Source: an uncultured Candidatus Binatia bacterium (lineage in GTDB: Bacteria; Desulfobacterota; Binatia; Bin18). From it: a stretch of DNA of 64,000 nucleotides. The stretch lies in NCBI GenBank assembly GCA_965200965.1, contig OZ241744.1, forward strand, positions 480,001-544,000, in the 5' to 3' direction. The notes beneath the pieces were generated by a model. That model was not told where the DNA came from. It was given only the letters and a program-made list of their open reading frames with translations, and did no database searches. Shown here one piece after another: positions 63,629 to 64,000 of this stretch (within the stretch, counting starts at the first letter, position 1; each line of letters starts with the position of its first letter). A program made the position numbers and the translations under genes.

Positions 63629-64000
63629 ATGAGCGAGAGACACGAAACGAGTCGTCCCTTACCAGAGTTACCACACCGTCAGCCGGGGAGTGCCGTTGCT
63701 TGCGTCTTCTGGCTCACGGCGCTGCGTGTTCTTGCCCTCGTCCTTGGCGTGGCCGGCCACGCGCTGGCCGGGCCGTTGGACGAACTCTCAGACCAGACCA
63801 CGCTGGGGGCTGCCGAACTTGTCGAGTCAGACCTGTTTGACGAGCAGCCGGACAGCCGCTTGGGGGAGCAGTTGCACGAATGGTCCGGGCCGGCGTTGCA
63901 ACTCGGTTTCAGCTTTGTAGCCGGCTTCAGCATCGGCTACGCCCTGGCCTTTTTTCTGAAGCTCACCCTCGCCTTTGTCGGCGGCCTGCTGGCGGTACTG
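63629..64000 (+). CDS. FUN14-like membrane protein, runs off the window
   Basis: Open frame to window end; QLGFSFVAGFSIGYALAFFLKL resembles FUN14; start uncertain. Confidence 0.6.
   Translation, partial: MSERHETSRPLPELPHRQPGSAVACVFWLTALRVLALVLGVAGHALAGPLDELSDQTTLGAAELVESDLFDEQPDSRLGEQLHEWSGPALQLGFSFVAGFSIGYALAFFLKLTLAFVGGLLAVL

Overview
GC-rich (roughly 60-65% by eye) bacterial chromosome segment. Gene content and synteny suggest a deltaproteobacterial-grade lineage such as Binatia, possibly host-associated (inference only). Housekeeping blocks: dnaK-dnaJ-thiL-larB-ABC1 kinase; rpsU-dnaG-tRNA-Ile2-Zn-ribbon-rnpB with no rpoD; folE; asnS; TPP riboswitch-thiC; tRNA-Val; maf-yggS-proC-yggT. These alternate with many acyl-CoA, flavin and F420-type catabolic genes (family III CoA-transferases, ACADs, SDRs, LLM oxidoreductases). 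Many decayed accessory remnants lie between them: two DNA methyltransferase relics, two hicBA modules with broken toxins, an internally deleted Zn-ADH, an oligopeptidase B tail and several frameshifted genes. The most unusual element is a ~150-bp non-coding array at 48638-48790 made of 5-nt units with a fixed GGY triplet and a variable NN dinucleotide (29 units, 23 perfect). It directly follows a decayed HNH-like ORF and may encode a non-contiguous guide RNA (VIPR-like). An apparent AMIN-TolC fusion protein is also notable. All calls come from reading the sequence and motif recognition; no searches were run.
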